Below, piece after piece: positions 58,781 through 64,000 of a stretch of 64,000 nucleotides of DNA (the stretch's first letter is position 1; the number at the start of each line of letters is the position of its first letter). The stretch is from an uncultured Pelagibacteraceae bacterium (GTDB lineage Bacteria > Pseudomonadota > Alphaproteobacteria > Pelagibacterales > Pelagibacteraceae). The position numbers were made by a program, and so were the translations under genes. The notes under the pieces were generated by a model that saw only the letters and a list, made by a program, of their open reading frames with translations, did not search any database and was not told the origin of the DNA. Where the stretch lies: the NCBI GenBank assembly GCA_902524115.1, contig CABZCA010000003.1, forward strand, positions 39,628-103,627, read 5' to 3'.

Positions 58781-59213
58781 TTTTTAACATTTCATGCATA
58801 GAGTTTATGGCTAAAATATAGCCATTTACTCCGAGACCACAAATTATACCAGTAACTACTGCGCTTATCAGTGACTTATGTCTAAAATCCTCTCTCTTAT
58901 AAATATTTGATATATGAAGTTCTATAATAGGTTTTCTAAAAATACTTAGTGCATCTCTAATAGCAACTGATGTATGACTGTATCCAGCAGCATTTATTAT
59001 AATGCCATCATATGTTTTGCGAGCATCTTGAATAATATTGACGATATCTCCCTCAACATTTGATTGTTTCATCTCTATATTGATATTTAAATCTTTTGCT
59101 CTATTTAGACAAATTTCTTCAAGATATTTGTAATCCTTGCTACCATATTGAGTTTGTTCTCTTTCACCTAATAGATTAAGATTAGGTCCATTAATTATTA
59201 TTAATTTACTCAT
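58770..59213 (-). CDS. aroQ: Type II 3-dehydroquinate dehydratase
   Basis: NGPNLNLLG.RE...YG, QSN.EG, HTSVAIRDA, ELHISN...RE.FRH.S. Confidence 0.96.
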   Translation of the reverse strand: MSKLIIINGPNLNLLGEREQTQYGSKDYKYLEEICLNRAKDLNINIEMKQSNVEGDIVNIIQDARKTYDGIIINAAGYSHTSVAIRDALSIFRKPIIELHISNIYKREDFRHKSLISAVVTGIICGLGVNGYILAINSMHEMLKNEN

Positions 59214-59228
59214 AAAACTTTATATTAT

Positions 59229-59447
59229 ATGAATAAAAAAAATAAAATAAAAATAGTGGTCAATGGCAGGCTTTTGACTGTAAATTTAAAATTTACTCTA
59301 AAAAATCTTGTCAAAAAATTAAAAACACCAATTAATAAAGTTGCAATAGAATTAAATGAAGAAATTATTGATAAAAAAAAATTGAGTAAAATTTTTTTAA
59401 AAAATAAAGATAAAATAGAAATTGTACATTTTATAGGTGGTGGTTAA
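59229..59447 (+). CDS. thiS: Thiamine biosynthesis sulfur carrier
   Basis: VNG, VAIELN, C-terminal EIVHFIGGG; overlaps thiG. Confidence 0.93.
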   Translation: MNKKNKIKIVVNGRLLTVNLKFTLKNLVKKLKTPINKVAIELNEEIIDKKKLSKIFLKNKDKIEIVHFIGGG

Positions 59448-60220
59448 TGAAATCAGATATTTTAAATATTGCAAACAAGAAATTTAAATCTAGACTTATT
59501 GTTGGCACTGGAAAATATAAAAGCATGAAAGAGTGCGCAAAAGCAATTAAAATTTCAGGTGCTGAAATTGTTACAGTTGCTGTAAGAAGAGTTAATATAT
59601 TAGATAAATCTAAACCTTTGTTGATGGATTTTGTTGATCCTAAAAAAATAATGTACTTACCCAATACTGCTGGATGTTTTACGTCTAAAGATGCCTTAAG
59701 AACTTTAAGACTAGCAAGAGAAATCGGAGGATGGAAAATAGTTAAATTAGAAGTATTAGGCGATAAAAAAAATTTATTTCCAGATATGATTGAAACCCTA
59801 AAATCTACAGAAGTTCTAACTAAAGAGGGTTTTAAAGTAATGGTTTATTGTAATGATGATCCTCTTATGTGTAAGAGATTAGAAAACTCAGGAGCATCAG
59901 CGATTATGCCACTAGCTGCACCGATTGGTTCTGGATTAGGAATTCAAAATAAAACAAACATAAAAATTTTGAGACATCAAACAAAAGTTCCCTTGATAAT
60001 TGATGCTGGAATTGGTGAGGCTTCAGATGCAGTTGAGGCTATGGAGCTGGGATGTGATGCTGTGCTAATTAACACTGCAATCGCGAAGGCTAAAAACCCA
60101 CTTGAAATGGCATACGCAATGAAATATGCAGTCATATCAGGAAGAAAGTCTTATCTTTCTGGAAGGATATCAGCTAATATTTACGGAACACCATCAACAA
60201 CAAAAAAAGGATTAATTTAA
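59447..60220 (+). CDS. thiG: Thiazole synthase
   Basis: SRL.VGTGKY, TVAVRR, LPNTAGC, KLEV, MPLAAPIGSGLG, DAGIG. Confidence 0.96.
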   Translation: MKSDILNIANKKFKSRLIVGTGKYKSMKECAKAIKISGAEIVTVAVRRVNILDKSKPLLMDFVDPKKIMYLPNTAGCFTSKDALRTLRLAREIGGWKIVKLEVLGDKKNLFPDMIETLKSTEVLTKEGFKVMVYCNDDPLMCKRLENSGASAIMPLAAPIGSGLGIQNKTNIKILRHQTKVPLIIDAGIGEASDAVEAMELGCDAVLINTAIAKAKNPLEMAYAMKYAVISGRKSYLSGRISANIYGTPSTTKKGLI

Positions 60221-61983
60221 TTCTTTTTTCTAAAAATTTTTTTTTTTTTAAATTTTTTTCTTTTAAAGTTTGATTTTTTATCTTTTTTTAACTCTAAATT
60301 TTTTTCTACATTATCATCAATAATTTTCTGTAATATTTCAACTTTTTCAATTTTCTCCAATATTTTTCCTGATTTTGATTTAAAATCTATCTTGTAATCT
60401 TGTAAACTTAATCCTTCACTAGTCATTAGGTTTATTTTAACCTTATTTTTCTTTTTAAAATAATTTAAATCCTCTGAAAAATACTTTTCGATATAACTCA
60501 TTACTTTTTCATTAATATTTACATCTACAATTTTTGCACCTGTTTCGAATATATTTATTTCAATTAATTTAATTATTTTCAATGCTAAAGTCTCATTATT
60601 TAATTTAATTGACCATTTTATATTACTTTCTCTTAATCTTTGTCTTGACATTTCAAGTAACCCAAAATTACTAATTCTCCCTATTTGAATTCTAGCTCTG
60701 TCATTTCTGCATCTCTCTTTTAATCTTCTCTCTACTTGCTTACGATTATTGAAACTAAGCATATCTATAAAATCAATTATTATTAAACCAGATAAATCTC
60801 TAATTTTAATTTGTCTAGCAATCTCTTCTGCTGCTTCTAGGTTGGTATCCAATGCTGTGCTTTCAACATTTTTTTGTTTTATCGATTTGCCAGAGTTTAT
60901 ATCTATAGAGACTAATGCCTCAGTTGGATTTATAACAAGATAGCCTCCCGAACTTAGTTTTACTTCTGATTTAAAAATTTCAAAAAGTTTTTTTTCTATG
61001 TTTTCTTTGAAAAATAATGGAATTTTTTCTCTAAATTTTTTAACTTTTTTTAATTGCTTTGGCATCATAAGTTTCATGTAATTTTTGGCTTTTTGATAGC
61101 CCTCATTACCTTCGACTATTATATTAAGTGTTTCATCATCATACATATCTCTTATACTTCTCTTAATAATGTCACTTTCCTGATGAATCAATGATGGAGC
61201 AATAGAATTTAATGCACTATCTTTAATTGAGTTCCAAATGGTAATTAAATTTTTAAGGTCACCATCAATTTCATTTTTCGTTTTATTTGATCCAGCGGTT
61301 CTAACTATAATTCCCATTTCTTTTGGAATTTCAATTTCATTTAATATTTTTCTTATTTTTTTTCTATCACCTGGATTAAATATTTTTCTTGAAATCCCAC
61401 CACCTTTAGCTGTGTTGGGCATTAAAACAATATATTTTCCAGCAATACTAATAAATGTACTTAGAGCCGCTCCTTTAAATCCTCTTTCATCTTTAAGAAC
61501 TTGTACTAATATGACTTGTTGAGGTTTTATAACTTCTTGAATTTTATATCTCTTCGATGGAAATTTTTTTTCATTAGTTTTAGTTTCTTTGTTTTCGTCT
61601 TCTGGCTTTTCAACTGGATCATTTATTTTTATTTCTTCATTACCTTCTAAAATTTTATTCTCGTTATTTTCGCTTTCCTTAGATAATTCTTCTCTTACTT
61701 TTTCTTCCTCTTCTTTAATTTTTTCTAAATCACTGTGTGGAAGTTGATAGTAATCAGATTGAATATCATTAAAAGATAGAAACCCATGTCTATCTCTTCC
61801 AAAATCAACAAATGCTGCCTGAAGTGAAGGCTCAATCCTACTTACTTTTCCTAAATAAATATTATTTTTAATTAATGTATTGTTTACACTTTCATATTCA
61901 TAGTCTTCAATATGATTATCTTTTTTAAGAACAACCCTGGTTTCATTAGGATGCGATGCATCGATATATAAATTTTTTGGCAT
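60217..61983 (-). CDS. rne: Ribonuclease E/G
   Basis: NIYLGKV.RIEPSLQAAFVDFG, S1 domain with acidic insert, IDINSG, TNLEAA.EIARQ, DFIDM, LEMSRQR. Confidence 0.94.
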   Translation of the reverse strand: MPKNLYIDASHPNETRVVLKKDNHIEDYEYESVNNTLIKNNIYLGKVSRIEPSLQAAFVDFGRDRHGFLSFNDIQSDYYQLPHSDLEKIKEEEEKVREELSKESENNENKILEGNEEIKINDPVEKPEDENKETKTNEKKFPSKRYKIQEVIKPQQVILVQVLKDERGFKGAALSTFISIAGKYIVLMPNTAKGGGISRKIFNPGDRKKIRKILNEIEIPKEMGIIVRTAGSNKTKNEIDGDLKNLITIWNSIKDSALNSIAPSLIHQESDIIKRSIRDMYDDETLNIIVEGNEGYQKAKNYMKLMMPKQLKKVKKFREKIPLFFKENIEKKLFEIFKSEVKLSSGGYLVINPTEALVSIDINSGKSIKQKNVESTALDTNLEAAEEIARQIKIRDLSGLIIIDFIDMLSFNNRKQVERRLKERCRNDRARIQIGRISNFGLLEMSRQRLRESNIKWSIKLNNETLALKIIKLIEINIFETGAKIVDVNINEKVMSYIEKYFSEDLNYFKKKNKVKINLMTSEGLSLQDYKIDFKSKSGKILEKIEKVEILQKIIDDNVEKNLELKKDKKSNFKRKKFKKKKIFRKKN

Positions 61984-62067
61984 AAATTTTGATTATTTTT
62001 CATTTGTTTATTTTTTAAAAATTCGGTGCCATAACTTTAACAAATTCAATCAATAATTTAAACTAAA

Positions 62068-64000
62068 ATGAGCAAATTAATAAAAAAACTCTTACTAGTT
62101 TTTACTTTATTTTCTTTACTTTGTTTTGTGGTAATCTTCTCAATACTCTGGACATATTCAAACAAATTACCAGATTATAAATTTTTAAAAAATTACAAAC
62201 CTTCTGTATCAAGTAAAGTTTACTCTGGAAATGGTTTACTAATAAGTGATTTTTCAGCTGAAAAAAGAATATTCGTTCCCTACAATGCAATTCCTAAAAC
62301 TATAATTAATTCTTTTTTATCTTCAGAGGATAAGAATTTTTTCAAACATCCCGGAGTAGATGCAAAAGGTATATTAAGAGCAATTAAAAACAACATAATT
62401 AATTTATTAAAATCAAATCGACTAGAAGGAGCATCCACAATTACCCAACAGCTTGCCAAAAATTTTCTTTTATCTAATGAAGTTAGTTTAGATAGAAAGA
62501 TAAAAGAGGCTATTTTAGCTTTTAGAATTGAAAGAGCTCTATCAAAGGAGAGAATATTAGAACTTTATTTGAATCAAATTTATCTTGGTGAAGGTTCCTA
62601 TGGAATTGCTTCTGCAAGTCTAAGATACTTTGACAAACCAATTGGTGATTTAAATTATTCAGAATCTGCTTTATTAGCTGCTTTACCCAAAGCACCAAGT
62701 AAATATAATCCATATAAAAATAAAGAATTAGCAACTTATAGAAGAAATTTGGTATTAAAAAATCTTTATGAAAATTCATATATTTCTAAAAATAAATATG
62801 AAGAATTAATCAATTTAGAAATCATTTTAAAAAAGAGAAAGAGAATATTTCTTGAAGATACAAGATATTTTGTTGAAGATATAAGAAAAAAAGTTATTCA
62901 AGATTATGGATATGACAAAGTTTACAAACAAGGTTTTAATATTAAGACTCCAATTAATTTAGAACTTCAAAATATAGCCTCAATTTCACTAAGAAAAGGA
63001 TTATTAGAGTATGATAAAAGAAAAGGATGGAGAGGTTCACTAGATAATACAAAAAATAAAGAATGGTACAAAAATCTAGACAAATTTGATTTAGAAAAAT
63101 CAATCGGTTGGCAAATAGCGATTATAAAAAGGATAGATAAATTTGAGACAGTTATTCAAACATCAAATAAAGAGAATGGAATTATAAAATATGAGGATGT
63201 TAATTGGACAAGAAAAGATTTTAATCAAATTTTTAAAATTAATGATTTAATTTATGTAAAAAAAATTTCTGATGGAATATTCAGCTTAAGACAATTACCA
63301 AATGTAAATGGTGGAATAGTTGTTATGGACCCCTTCAGTGGTAGAGTATTGGCAATGTCAGGAGGTTTTAGTTTTAAAAAAAGTGAATTTAATAGAGTTT
63401 CTCAAGCCAAAAGACAACCAGGGTCTGCCTTTAAACCATTTATATATGCTTTAGCATTAGAAAATAATTATTCACCATCCTCTTTAATCCTTGATGCACC
63501 CATTGTTCTTAATCAAGGAGAAGATTTAAAAATGTGGAAACCAGAAAATTATGGAAAAAAATTTTATGGCCTATCAACTTTGAGAACTGGGGTTGAAAAA
63601 TCTAGAAATTTAATGACTGTTAGAATATCACAAGAACTGGGCATAGATAAGATTATTAACTTTTCAAAAAAACTTAACATTTATGATAATCCTGAAGAAT
63701 TACTTTCTGTATCATTAGGATCTGCAGAAACAACATTGCTTAATATAACAAGTGCATATTGTTCTTTTGTAAATGGTGGGAAATTAGTTACTCCGATAAT
63801 AATAGATAGAATTCAAGATAGCCTAGGTAATACAATTTCAAATAATGAAAAAAGATTCTGTGAAAATTGCGATAAAATATCATTTGATGGTAATAATGTA
63901 CCTGTAATAAAAAGTAATTTTAAACAAATATTTTCACCTCAGACCGCATATCAAATGACCTCAATACTAGAAGGCGCCGTTAATAGAGGTACAGGAAAAA
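62068..64000 (+). CDS. mrcA: Penicillin-binding protein 1A, 3'-truncated by window edge
   Basis: Manual reading from ATG 62068: MSKLIKKLLL..., TM anchor, SEDKNFFKHPGVD, GASTITQQLAKN, RKIKE, RQPGSAFKP, SRN; absent from ORF track because there is no stop in the window. Confidence 0.93.
   Translation, partial: MSKLIKKLLLVFTLFSLLCFVVIFSILWTYSNKLPDYKFLKNYKPSVSSKVYSGNGLLISDFSAEKRIFVPYNAIPKTIINSFLSSEDKNFFKHPGVDAKGILRAIKNNIINLLKSNRLEGASTITQQLAKNFLLSNEVSLDRKIKEAILAFRIERALSKERILELYLNQIYLGEGSYGIASASLRYFDKPIGDLNYSESALLAALPKAPSKYNPYKNKELATYRRNLVLKNLYENSYISKNKYEELINLEIILKKRKRIFLEDTRYFVEDIRKKVIQDYGYDKVYKQGFNIKTPINLELQNIASISLRKGLLEYDKRKGWRGSLDNTKNKEWYKNLDKFDLEKSIGWQIAIIKRIDKFETVIQTSNKENGIIKYEDVNWTRKDFNQIFKINDLIYVKKISDGIFSLRQLPNVNGGIVVMDPFSGRVLAMSGGFSFKKSEFNRVSQAKRQPGSAFKPFIYALALENNYSPSSLILDAPIVLNQGEDLKMWKPENYGKKFYGLSTLRTGVEKSRNLMTVRISQELGIDKIINFSKKLNIYDNPEELLSVSLGSAETTLLNITSAYCSFVNGGKLVTPIIIDRIQDSLGNTISNNEKRFCENCDKISFDGNNVPVIKSNFKQIFSPQTAYQMTSILEGAVNRGTGK

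Noticed and set aside
59229-60220. thiS-thiG without other thiamine genes
   Set aside because: Dispersed, partial thiamine pathways are already known for this type of organism, and absence cannot be judged from one window
234-62779. Many 60-125 aa ORFs antisense to or nested in real genes (e.g. 234-440, 3625-3834, 8364-8639, 17137-17514, 36579-36929, 45427-45744, 57758-58111, 61238-61522, 62102-62290, 62522-62779)
   Set aside because: Fully overlap well-supported genes, have no motifs, and show shadow-frame composition
1-64000. tRNA, rRNA, CRISPR, prophage, IS element or defence system
   Set aside because: Intergenic spaces are nearly all under ~120 bp and AT-rich; no cloverleaf, repeat-spacer array, integrase, transposase or nuclease/methylase motifs were recognised by eye

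Overview
Very AT-rich, extremely gene-dense alphaproteobacterial chromosome segment with many overlapping start/stop junctions. Gene content, order and protein style point to a streamlined SAR11 / Candidatus Pelagibacter-type genome (inference). The left ~31 kb is accessory/metabolic: pxpBC, a predicted furan-fatty-acid (ufaD-ufaO-ufaM-like) cluster next to an Fe-S-less (6-4)-photolyase-family operon, exported MsrA, NAD-dependent formate dehydrogenase, a DMT-amidinotransferase-threonine aldolase operon, Gfo/Idh/MocA oxidoreductases, gshAB and an orphan PhnZ-like HD protein. The right ~33 kb is core housekeeping (purF, dnaB, rplI-rpsR-rpsF, fabDG-acpP, gmk, rsmA-pdxA-surA-lptDGF, pepA, ndk, purMN, hdaA, aspS, accCB, aroQ, thiSG, rne, PBP1A). 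No tRNA, rRNA, CRISPR array, integrase or transposase was seen. Best leads: (1) a lipid-antioxidant/photorepair neighbourhood with no local sigmaE/ChrR pair; (2) the amidinotransferase/threonine aldolase operon as a possible guanidino-compound-to-glycine route; (3) a stand-alone C-terminal domain of B12-dependent ribonucleotide reductase with a new N-terminus; (4) repeated loss of metal-binding Cys motifs (photolyase, PurF, RNase E, NrdJ remnant). Three small ORFs below the ORF-track cutoff were recovered by hand. All family assignments come from motif recognition, not database searches.
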